Assembly: GCF_000143415.4 (NCBI RefSeq) | Contig: NW_003314324.1 | Coordinates: 1,067,379 to 1,131,378, forward strand | Reading direction: 5' to 3' | Length of the DNA: 64,000 nucleotides | Source of the DNA: Selaginella moellendorffii | Lineage: Eukaryota; Plantae; Lycopodiophyta | In this document: positions 1 through 9,990 of the stretch, piece by piece | Layout of the letters: every line of letters starts with the position of its first letter | Position numbering within the stretch: position 1 is the first letter of the stretch | Notes under the pieces: generated by a model | Told to the model about the DNA's origin: nothing | Database searches by the model: none | The model's input: the letters and a program-made list of their open reading frames with translations, nothing else | Made by a program: the position numbers and the translations under genes

Positions 1-129
1 AACCTCCTCATCCTCCAATAACATTATTCCATATGTCTGTTAACAGTCTCGCCACAGCCCGTTAAGGCTGTTCTTGGGCACGGGCTCGCTCGTTCCTGCT
101 CGGTAGGAACGTGCTCACCCTACCCAGGA

Positions 130-2010
130 ACTGCCTCATTCTTTCTTTCAGACGTTTACTTCTTCATGCTTTTCAACGCCGCCCAGCAACTTTTGGTTCG
201 ATCTGACAGTTGAAATCCGCAGATATGATCCGACAAAACGTGTTGCTGTCTGATCATACTGGCGTGCTCAGCCAGTATGATCAGAGCTGGAAACTATCAC
301 AACTTAAAAGCAGTGTTACGCCACAGACTTTCACCTGAAGAAGACGGTTTCTTCCTCGCAGCGTACTAACCACGCTCCACTGCTTCCCTTGCTTCCTGAA
401 AACGAGTACAGTGGGACTTAGGAAAATAAGGAGAGAGAGGAGCTCCGGCAACAAGTTCCATTACATGCCTTGTGACTGCTAGGCTCTCATAAACAACAGT
501 TGAGCTACCGTGAGACACACATACCTGTGGTTGCTTTCATTATAGTAGCTCGATGCACATCTTTACCAGAGTATCCTGTCCAAAAAAGAAGGACAAGGAG
601 ATGAACAAAGTCGCTCAGCTCAGACTCTGCGGTCATCGTTCCCCGTAGCGTTTTCATGCTATCCTGCCTGCAAAGCCGCCCCCATCCTTGAGAATCCCGG
701 ACAGCAGCTTCCTGCCAAGCGAAAGAAAATGTTTGACGAATACCTGACGCTCTGCCAGCAGCTGGTCCTGCAAATCCTCCTCCACACGGAGCCGCGCCAG
801 CGTGCGTGCGCAAGTCGTGAAGAAGTTACTGCACAGACCACAAACTGTCCTGCGCGACTCGCTCGGACCGCTCGACTCCTGTATCCAGGTCAAGCCGTGC
901 TCGTTAGTAAGCTCGCTACTCGCTTGAGATGTGTATCGCTAACACCGCCCCGTGGACATCGTTGAGGGAATTGAGCTGGGGCAAAACTTCTGGCAGCAGA
1001 TGACACGAGCAGGACATCGTAAGAGAAGCAAGCCGATCATCACTTGAATGCTCTTACCATGTAGGCTGTGAGGTGACGTTCGTGCCAGAGGAGACTACAT
1101 GATCAAACCATCAGAGCAAGTTCCCCCCAAACTTCTCCAAATCAAGTCACCTGAATCCGGTAACATTCTACATTTGCCAACACCTGGAATCTTCATGATG
1201 AAAACGCGATAGCCACCGATTTACCGTGACAGCGAGCCTGGAGCCGAGAAGCATGAATCCCTGGAGGGACAAGTAGAGGCGGTGCTGCAGCTCCCGGACC
1301 TATCGCTTGCTGCTGCTGCTGCTGCTGCTGCTCTCGCCGCCAGCACGATTAGGCATCTGGAGACGAAGATCTCCAGAGACCAGGGAAGAAGTGGCATATT
1401 GTTTTGCAGCCGCCCAAATGCGAACACCAAGCAAGAATGTATGCTCGCAAACCTCCTTCTACACGTCTCAGCTATGGGGCTCTCACGAGCTTGTCATGTG
1501 ATTACGAAAAGCTTTTGGCGTTGACTTACAAGCAGAAAACACAATCGTTCCCGTCATGCTATAAATGAATAATCACCTATTTTATAGAGGATCATATTAT
1601 TTGCACAAGATAGTACTGCCCTCCAAGTTATCAATTTCAGAACTGAACAAACAAAGCGATAAGAAGCAACATTCCAGACTGGCAACAACATCAATGATAC
1701 TTCAGGGAGAATCAACTCACTCTGTCTCGTTTTTACCTGTTGAGGTTGCATTTCCTGCAAGATCATCATAGGGTTATCACTTTGTTCATTGTGCCCAATG
1801 TCTTAGTGGCTCCTTTCATTGCACCAGCAACAGAAAGGAAGGGAGCCAAAGAAAAATCTCTGTCGCACTTGAGCTCGACTGCCCTGGAACTTTTGAATGT
1901 GCTGCCACAATCTGATCAAATGCTGTCCGAAGTTCGTCGTTGCGCTGAAACTCGATTCCTGAAAAACAAAAAACAATTTTTCTGAGCACTGCCTTCTTTG
2001 GTGGACATGA
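130..2010 (-). CDS. Putative multi-exon gene, product unidentified; boundaries uncertain
   Basis: Several short open segments on the - strand bounded by AG/GT (e.g. IEFQRNDELRTAFDQIVAAHSK, ARLRVEEDLQDQLLAERQ, GYSGKDVHRATIMKATT). I could not assemble a consistent model or recognise a family. Confidence 0.3.
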
Positions 2011-2088
2011 GATCGCTTCCACGTGTCGTTCGTGTGGACTTTCGTTTGGGCTTTTGGCTGGCTGACGTAATATGGGTTAGGGCTGGTG

Positions 2089-3095
2089 ATGGAGCACGTA
2101 GATATCCTTTTGAAGCTTCCTGGGCCGAGTCTCTTGAGAGCCAGAGCTGTTTGCAAGGCTTGGAAAGAAGTAATTGATTCTCCATGGTTTTCAAACCGCT
2201 ACAGGGATCCATCGCCCTACATATTATTGCCATCGTCAAACCAAGAGGGCTTTCCCTTGTGTAACATATGCCACTTGGTTCTGGGTAAGTGGTTCAAGTT
2301 GGAATTTCCATCTACGTATATCCAGTCGGTCTCTCAGTCCGGGCTGGTGCTGGTCCGGGAAGGCAGAGTTTTTTGGGTGGGGAACCCATTCTTCAATAAG
2401 TGGAAACGGTATAGCTTAGAATTGCCATATGCGAAATTTGATCATGAGCTTGCAACTCTAGCGGATGATGAGCAGGGCTATCGAGTAGTATTTCGGGTGC
2501 GTAGGTTTATGCAAACAGCAGTCCTCTACTCTTGGAAGTCAGAGTGGCTCGTCACGGAGCAATGTAAGGAGATATCAAAATGGAGGATTTTGCGGATTTT
2601 GTCACATCCTCTTCCACTGTTTGTGGCAACATCATCCATTCCATTGGGTCCAAAAACAAAGTGGCACTACTAAGTTGTCGTGTAGACAATGGCAAGGTTC
2701 TTTCGCTCCGCTACTTGAAGCTGGGATCTGAAGTACTTGAAGGGCGTTTTAAGCTCTTTGGTTGGGATGGCAAGCTCTACTTGCTGGGAGAAAATGACAG
2801 TCACTTATTTGGACTCTTTGAAATAAGCGGAGAGAATGTAGTTCTGATAAGCTGGGCGCCAGAAAGCATTTCTACAAAATTTCCCTTCGTAAGGTCGGCA
2901 AGCATCTACAACAATACTATCTACTGCATTTTTCAAGTGAAGCTAGCAATGCTAGTAACTTACAACCTCAGTAAACATGGTTCGTGGCAGGTGGTACCAC
3001 TTCCAGAACCATTGCCTCCATGCATTGGAATCTTAAATATTGTGAAGTTTAGTTTAGACTTACCATTTGGGTTAGACTTGTGTAGTTCCTATTGA
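2089..3095 (+). pseudogene. F-box protein (F-box plus associated domain), split by a frameshift near 2500-2580
   Basis: N-terminal F-box motif ILLKLPGPSLLRARAVCKAWKEVIDSPWF. The plausible C-terminal half continues in another frame (ORF 2580-3095) with no intron-sized GT-AG gap. Confidence 0.65.
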
Positions 3096-3641
3096 TTTTC
3101 TTTTTCACTTAGTTGACTCTGCTCTTGATCTTCCACAGCTCCTGTCTTGTGAGATATATTTTAAGGTGACGTTTCTAAATAATTTTTCTGTGACACCGGA
3201 AACTCACTTCCACCATGACAGCCTGCTGATCCAAGAATGTTTTTTTAACTGCCATTAAAAGGTGCTTGAAAGCTAGAACCAGTTAACCTCTTATTATAGA
3301 CAATGCATACTAAGAAGTGGCCTGTCCAACAGCTTTTAAATGAACTAAAAGAAGAAATGGAAAAAACTACAAATGCAAAAGTTAGATATAACCCAAAAGC
3401 ATAAATACATTCACCATATTTAGTTAGACCCAAAACCCTAGCTTAAACACAGTGGTCCAAATTGATCAATCTACATTAATATTAATATATGGCATTATAG
3501 CCATACATACACACAGGATCAATCACAGGACACACAAAGCATTGCAGAAGGCCAAAAGTTATCTGGGAGCCGAAATGCAGCACCAGCGCCACACTGTAGA
3601 CAGAGCTTTTACTTTTAGAAAATCTCCATATACAGAATACT

Positions 3642-5458
3642 CTACTCTCGCAGGTTTTGAGGGGTGAGGCTTTGCAGGAACTCTAGGAACTCTAGGACGT
3701 CCTGAGGCGAGTCAAGGCAGCAGAGTTCTCCGTCATCGTTTCTCCGAAACCAGATGCGTCTGATCACGTCCACTACATCTTGTATGACAACTGCAACAAA
3801 AAGAGAAAACCAAGCATAATTTATAGCATGCGCTGGGAGATTGATAATCACTCACGTCGCGTGCCTGCATCTGTAGCCTCTGTGTCTGCCAAAGAGAACG
3901 AATGTGAGGAGGGCTACAGAGACTTAACCATAAACGCTACCTTGGGACGCACCAGAGTCTTCCCCGTTGTTTATATCTGCACCTAAGATATAAGCATGCC
4001 ACATACTGAACGAAAAAAACCGAAACAAACCATTGCTCGATGTAGTCTCGGCAGGATCGATAGTTCCTTGGCGTGCTTGTTCGGACAAAGATGACTCTTC
4101 CACCCTGTTTATATCTGCAACTAGAACCTAAGTATGTCACGAACTCAACAAAACAAATCGAGACAAACCATTGTTCGCAGTAGTCTCGGGTGGATCGATA
4201 GTTCTGGACGCACCAGAGTCTTCCACTAAGTTTACATCTGCAAGTAAGAGATAAGGATGTCACATAATCAACAAGACAAACCATTGTTCGCAGTAGTCTC
4301 GGGTGGATCGATAGTTCTGGACGCACCAGAGTCTTCCACTGTGTTTACATCTGCAAGTAAGACATAAGCATGTCACATAATCAACGAGACAAACCGAAAC
4401 CGAGACAAACCATTGCTCGCAGTAGTCTCGGCTGGATTGATAGTTCTGGACGCACCAGAGTCTTCCACTGCAAGTAAGACATAAGCATGTCACAAACTCA
4501 ACGAGACAAACCGAAACCGAGACAAACCATTGCTCGCAGTAGTCTCGGGTGGATCGATAGTTCTGGACGCACCAGAGTCTTCCACTGTGTTTACATCTGC
4601 AAGTAAGACATAAGCATGTCACATACTCAACGAGACAAACCGAAACTAACCATTGCATGGCTTAGACTCGACAGGAACGATAGTTTCTACAAACAAACAA
4701 CAAGATGATTCAGAGAAGACGCGATGAACAAAAGCAAAGAGAAAAGAATACAGAAGAGAAATGGTATACCTCCATCGATGGTAGCTCTTGCAACCTCGCT
4801 AGAAGCTGGTGAATCCACGGACTCTGGACAAAAACAACACAACGCGTCAGGGATTCAAATAATCTATTCATGAAACCACAAACATCACATACCGGCTCCT
4901 TGATTTCCTTCCACCGTAAAAAGCATAAGCGAGAAATCGATCATCATACCTCCATCGGAGCTGGAGCTAGGTCCAGAAGACGACGCATGCGCATCACTTG
5001 ATCCAGAAGAGGCTAGAGGAGAATCTACACGATGCAAAGGCGTCAGATCGAGACGAGGAATCAGAAAACTCGCAAACATCACAGACCGGCAGCTCGATTT
5101 GCTTCCGCCAGATTCACACGAGAAGACGCATGATCTACACCTCCTGGACGAAAGATTACGAGATATTTCTTGCCATCGCGCGACTTACCAGCGCCATCGC
5201 TCTCGTCGGAAGTGTCTGCGGCAAGACATTTCCAAGATATGTGAGATACAAGCACAGATCGATGAGAATTTCACTGACCGGTGCGCGTCTGGCACAAATC
5301 GACCGAAGTGTTGCAGCTCCCGGCGCAATCGTTAGCGCTCCCTGCAAGAACACGAGAGATCTTCGAAAATCCAGACAAGGCGAGGCACTACCAATGCAGC
5401 GCCAAGCGAAGGAGAAGAGCAGCACAAGCGCAACCCAGGAAACCCTATAAGACGCCAT
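3642..5458 (-). CDS. Micro-exon gene: predicted secreted Ser/Thr/Asp/Glu-rich repeat protein, 16 exons, 318 aa
   Basis: Exons: 5458-5392, 5341-5279, 5215-5189, 5143-5087, 5024-4950, 4907-4893, 4823-4770, 4686-4651, 4596-4528, 4467-4411, 4350-4282, 4237-4169, 4114-4031, 3976-3941, 3885-3856, 3790-3642. All introns are GT-AG, and the spliced CDS is 957 nt with no internal stop. Exon 1 is signal-peptide-like (MASYRVSWVALVLLFSFAWRCIG). TATATAAA lies at about 5498-5491. Confidence 0.75.
3941..4686. repeat. Tandem array of about 6 units of 113-138 bp, each one intron plus one exon of the micro-exon gene
   Basis: Recurring cgcaccagagtcttccact...acatctgcaagtaagacataagcatgtcac...gacaaaccattg...agtagtctcgg...gatagttctgga. 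Confidence 0.95.
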
Positions 5459-5742
5459 TCTCTTTGCGACGTTCTTCAGCGGAAGGGTCCTTTATATAGC
5501 GCTGGGATGAGCGGGAAAATTCCGAAATCAAAATGATCCAGGAATATGCGTAATCGCCGACGTGGCATTTGGGATCTTCCACGAAACAGGAAGAATGAAT
5601 AGCTTTTCTACTCTTACCTCAGATAAATTCTTCGTCTACGCTTTCTCGCCAATGCCGGAGCTCGATCCTTCGTGCCCATCGCTTGCCGTTAAACCCTAAA
5701 ATAACAATAGGGGAGAGAGGAGATTAATTTTCGGGCTAGGTC

Positions 5743-6640
5743 ATGGCGCCCGCCAAGCCAGGCGATGCGGCATTCGCGAATGTGGATCATGTGGTGAGCT
5801 GCTAAATCTCGTCCTGGATCTAGAAATTCGTGGAGCGCTCACTGTGTCTTTGTGGTTTTTTCTCGATTCTGTCCATCCTGGATCAAGAATGCAGAGCTTT
5901 TCACTCTCACCTATGGCGCCATGGTCCGGCAGCTCCTCACGGACTTCGAAGACGTGGAGGAAGTGAACAAGCAGCTCGACACCATGTAAGCGCCCGAGCA
6001 TTTCTCTTTTTTCTTTTTTTTGTTTTCATCCCCTTCTTCGTTAGCTAGCATTGATAAGAATTTCTGTGTGTTTCTTTCTCTCTATCAGGGGATACAACAT
6101 TGGAATTCGCTTGATCGACGACTTTCTCTCCAAAGCCAACGTCACAAGGTGCTCAGAGTTTCGAGAGACCGCAGATGTCATTGCCAAGGTTCCCGGTGTT
6201 CCTCTCGAAACTTTGATCGCTGGACTCTAAATTTTTTTCCTTCGATCTCTTTCGTGGGCAGATTGGATTTAAGATGTTCTTGGGAGTGACTGCCACCGTC
6301 TCCAACTGGAACGCCGATTTCACCGAGTGCAGCTTGGTTCTCGATGACAATCCCCTGGTGGATTTTGTGGAGCTCCCGGAGACTTGCCAGGGCCTCTACT
6401 ACTGCAACGTCTTGTGTGGAGTGATCCGCGGAGCTCTAGAAATGGTAAACAAAAACTATGCTTTTCCTTTCCAGCCTCGCATTAAGTCTCTTCTTTCTTC
6501 GCTTGTTCTCCTCGCAGGTATCCATGAGAACCGAAGTAAAATGGGCGAGGGACATGCTTCGTGGGGACGATGCGTACGAATTGAGGCTAAAGCTCATCGA
6601 GCATGTCGCGGAAGAGTATCCGTACAAGGATGACGATTAA
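5743..6640 (+). CDS. BET3: TRAPP complex subunit 3 (Bet3), 5 exons
   Basis: NAELFTLTYGAMVRQLL, GYNIGIRLIDDFL, DNPLVDFVELP, YCNVLCGVIRGALEMV; ends EEYPYKDDD*. Confidence 0.95.
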
Positions 6641-6828
6641 ACATGCGTTCAATGTGTTTAATGGATCATGTGGTTTGATTTAAACAACTTGAATTAAGAA
6701 AAGCAAAGGAAAAACTATTTAATCAATCTTACACAAAATTTTGTTCCAACTCTTTCATGCAAATATAATCTTGACAATGATATGTAGTGTTTACCTTTAG
6801 CTAGGGCGAGTTATTAGGGTTCTTGGAA

Positions 6829-9660
6829 ATGGAGGACGAGGAGCGTCAAAACATGGAGCGCTTCAGCACGGAGGGCGATTTCGTGGATGGCGAGTGGATC
6901 GACGGTGAGTTCTACTACCGGAGCCGCCGGAAGAGGCGGGGGCAGACCAAGGAGGAGGCGCTCTACGGCTACCAGTCGTCAGGGTCGGATTCGGATGGAG
7001 GAGGAGGAGGAAGAAGGGGCAGGAAGAAGCGGCGGGGCGGGATAATCGTCGAGGACAAGTCGAGCAAGCCCGTGAATTTCGTGTCGGCGAGCGTCCAGGA
7101 CGTGGGCACTGAGAATCAGGCATCGTCGTCCTCTAGGAAAGAGATGGAGGAAGAAGAAGAAGAAGAAGAAGTGCCTGGCGCCGGGCTGGGATTTCGAGCT
7201 AGTAGCCGGGATAGAGGAAGCGATGAGGGCGATGAGCGAGGTGGTGTTGGGCTTGGCTTTCAAAGGGGAGGGATTGGTTTCCAGGCTGATGGCGATGAGC
7301 CTGGTGGTGCTGGAACTGGTTTCCAGAGGGGAGGAATTGGTTTCCAGGCTAGCAACGAAGAGGGCGATGATCAGGCTAGGAACGAAGATGGAGTTGGAGG
7401 ACGAGGTGGACTTGGTTTCCAGAGAGGAGGAATTGGTTTCCAGGCTAGAAGTGAAGATGGTGATGGACGAGGTGGCGTGGGGCTTGGTTTTCAAAGGGGA
7501 GGAATTGGCTTCCAGGCTAGAAACGTAGATGCCGATGGACGAGCTGGTGTGGGACTGGGTTTCCAAGGTAATGGGGCTGCGAGTGCCGGGGACGATGACG
7601 ATGGCGATCTGGAGCTGCCGAGTGCTCTGGGAAAGAAGATCCAAGAGAAAGTCCGGCAGAAGACAAAGAAGAAACCCGGAGGCCCAGCTTCTAGTAGCTC
7701 TGTTAAGTATGTCTGGCAGAAGCACACCAGCGAATTTACCAACAAGATGATGTCGAAGATGGGATTAACTGGTGGTACCGGCTTGGGAAAGAACTTGCAA
7801 GGCAGGGTGGCGGCGATTGAAGTGAAGTTGAGGCCCAAGAACATGGGGATGGGATACAATGACTTTCAGGAGGTGACGACGGGTCGTGATGATCCAGCAG
7901 CAGCGACAGAAAGCGAAGAAGTGGCCCATAGGTCGAGAGCAAACGAGCAGCTCTGGATGAAGAAGAACAAAAAGAAGGCAAAAACTTTCGTTTCAGCCGA
8001 GGAGCTCTTGTCACGGCAGCAGGGAAGAACAGTTGGCAAGGTTTTGGACATGACGGGGCCACAGGTGCGCGTTGTCACGGACATGAAGGACCTCAACGCC
8101 GAGAGAATGGTTGTCGAGGAGGACGACACTCCCATGCCAGAGCTCCAGCACAACTTGAAGCTCCTAGTGGATCTCGTTGCTTCGGACATCCAGCAGTACG
8201 ACTCCAGGCTCAGGCACGACAAGCAAACCATCGCCATCCTTGAGAAGGACCGGGACCGGCTGCAGAAGGAGCTGGAGCTCCAGAGCAGGAGCCTCGAGGT
8301 GATGCACTCGATCACTTCCGCCATCGAAGGTGTCCAGCAAGAAGCTGCGTCGCGGAGGCTAACTCTAGACGGCCTGCTCAAAACCTTCGCCAAGCTCAAG
8401 GCCGAGTTCCCGGAGGAGTACAAGCTCTGGAACCTTTCAGCTCTGGCGCTGTCTCACGCAGCACCGAGGATCACCTCTCACTTCCAAGCATGGCAGCCGC
8501 TCCTCCAGCCGTCCCGAGGTGTCGACGTTCTCCTTCCGTGGATGGAACTCCTCCAGGAGCAGGAGGAGGAGGCGATCTTCACCGAGGTGGACACTGCTCC
8601 GTATAGTCGCCTGGTGATGGAAACGGTGCTGCCGCATATCAACCGTGCGGTGATCAACTGGGAAGCTCGAGAGCCGGAGCCGCTCCTCCGGGTGCTCGAG
8701 GTGTGGGAGAAGCTCCTCCCAGCGTCGGTGTTCCAGAGCGTGCTGGACAGCTGCGTGATGCCCAAGCTGCGAGCTCAGGTGGAGGCGTGGGATCCATTGC
8801 AGGACACGGTCCCGGTTCACCACTGGGTGCATCCCTGGCTGCCGCTCCTCGGCTCGAGGATGGACCCGGTGTGCGATACCATCCGGTGGAAGCTAAACAG
8901 CGTGCTGCAAGCCTGGGATCCCAGTGACGTCTCGGCGTACTTGATGCTCTCGCCGTGGCACTCGGTGTTTGATGCGGCGAGCTGGGAGCAGCTCCTGGCA
9001 CGGAACATCGTCCCGAAGCTAAAGGTGGCGCTCGAGCAGCTGGAGATCAACCCGGCACAGCAGCGGCTGGAGCCTTTCTCGTGGGTGATGGCCTGGGCTC
9101 CGGTGATGCCGCTTCGTCTCATGATCCGGATGCTGGAGGAGAAGTTCTTCCCGAAGTGGCACCACGCGCTGTTCGCATGGCTGGGATCCAACCCGGACTT
9201 CGACGAGGTGACGCAGTGGTACCAGGGGTGGAAGTCGGTGCTGCCGGCGGAGCTGCTGGCCAACGATCGCGTAAGGTGGCAGCTCAACGGGGCGCTGGAG
9301 ATGATGAACCAGGCGGTGGAGGGGGCGCCGCTGGTGATGCGCGACGCGGAGCAGTGGCAGCAGCAGTTTGTGGAGAAGAAGTTCGCGGCGGTGGCGGTGG
9401 CGGTGGCGGAGGCGGAGGCGGAGATGAGCTTGAAGGAGGTGGTGGAGAGCTTCGCGCAGGAGAAGGACGTCCAGTTCTTGCCAAAGCCGGGGCGGCTGCA
9501 CCAGGGGCTCCAGGTTTATGGATTTGGATCGGTGAGTATCGCGGTGGACAATCACAAGCAGGCAGTCTTGGCTCAGGCTGGGCAGAAGTGGACGTCCGTG
9601 TCGCTGGAGCAGCTGCTCGAGATCCACCATGCTCGAAAGGGTGGCAAGTGGAACTCTTGA
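6829..9660 (+). CDS. TFIP11: Tuftelin-interacting protein 11 / STIP-like spliceosome disassembly factor (G-patch plus GCFC), intronless
   Basis: TKEEALYG N-terminal motif, G-patch (MMSKMG..GLGKNLQG), PMPELQHNLKLLV, GCFC Trp-rich repeats, C-terminal FLPKPGR..GLQVYGFG. Confidence 0.93.
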   Translation: MEDEERQNMERFSTEGDFVDGEWIDGEFYYRSRRKRRGQTKEEALYGYQSSGSDSDGGGGGRRGRKKRRGGIIVEDKSSKPVNFVSASVQDVGTENQASSSSRKEMEEEEEEEEVPGAGLGFRASSRDRGSDEGDERGGVGLGFQRGGIGFQADGDEPGGAGTGFQRGGIGFQASNEEGDDQARNEDGVGGRGGLGFQRGGIGFQARSEDGDGRGGVGLGFQRGGIGFQARNVDADGRAGVGLGFQGNGAASAGDDDDGDLELPSALGKKIQEKVRQKTKKKPGGPASSSSVKYVWQKHTSEFTNKMMSKMGLTGGTGLGKNLQGRVAAIEVKLRPKNMGMGYNDFQEVTTGRDDPAAATESEEVAHRSRANEQLWMKKNKKKAKTFVSAEELLSRQQGRTVGKVLDMTGPQVRVVTDMKDLNAERMVVEEDDTPMPELQHNLKLLVDLVASDIQQYDSRLRHDKQTIAILEKDRDRLQKELELQSRSLEVMHSITSAIEGVQQEAASRRLTLDGLLKTFAKLKAEFPEEYKLWNLSALALSHAAPRITSHFQAWQPLLQPSRGVDVLLPWMELLQEQEEEAIFTEVDTAPYSRLVMETVLPHINRAVINWEAREPEPLLRVLEVWEKLLPASVFQSVLDSCVMPKLRAQVEAWDPLQDTVPVHHWVHPWLPLLGSRMDPVCDTIRWKLNSVLQAWDPSDVSAYLMLSPWHSVFDAASWEQLLARNIVPKLKVALEQLEINPAQQRLEPFSWVMAWAPVMPLRLMIRMLEEKFFPKWHHALFAWLGSNPDFDEVTQWYQGWKSVLPAELLANDRVRWQLNGALEMMNQAVEGAPLVMRDAEQWQQQFVEKKFAAVAVAVAEAEAEMSLKEVVESFAQEKDVQFLPKPGRLHQGLQVYGFGSVSIAVDNHKQAVLAQAGQKWTSVSLEQLLEIHHARKGGKWNS

Positions 9661-9870
9661 GCGATTGACAAGATCGAAAGGTTTCGAAGAAGAGGTCGCA
9701 AGTTTTCGATGAAGAAGAGCTCTTGAGCGATTGACAAGATCGAAAGGTTTCGAAGAAGAGTGGGCGAAAAGATTTCGTAGAAGAGCTCTTGGGCGATTGA
9801 CAAGATGGAAAGATTTCGAAGACGAAGCGCTCTTGAGCGAGCGATTGACAAGATAAGAGCTCTTGGAAAG
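9653..9870. repeat. About 65-bp tandem repeat (3 full copies plus partial) overlapping the TFIP11 stop
   Basis: ctcttgagcgattgacaagat(c/g)gaaag(g/a)tttcgaaga recurs at about 9654, 9720 and 9786, with a partial copy near 9830. Confidence 0.9.
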
Positions 9871-9990
9871 TTTTCGATCGAAAGATTTTTTTTTAACTAA
9901 ACTTTGACCTTTAACTTTGCCCTTGGATTAAATTAGACTTAACTTAGGTCACCTAGGAGTGTTCTTCCTTTTCTCTCTGGCCCGGTGGCC

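Noticed and set aside
3937-4658. Cys-rich repeat ORFs (CLTCRCKHSGRLWC) suggesting a metallothionein or zinc finger
   Set aside because: They read through introns in the wrong frame. The spliced model explains the splice signals and the triplet-only exon indels.
3941-4686. CRISPR-like appearance of the array
   Set aside because: Eukaryotic context, no unique spacers and no cas genes.
6979-9668. Long overlapping and antisense ORFs in TFIP11
   Set aside because: By-products of a GC-rich, repetitive CDS.
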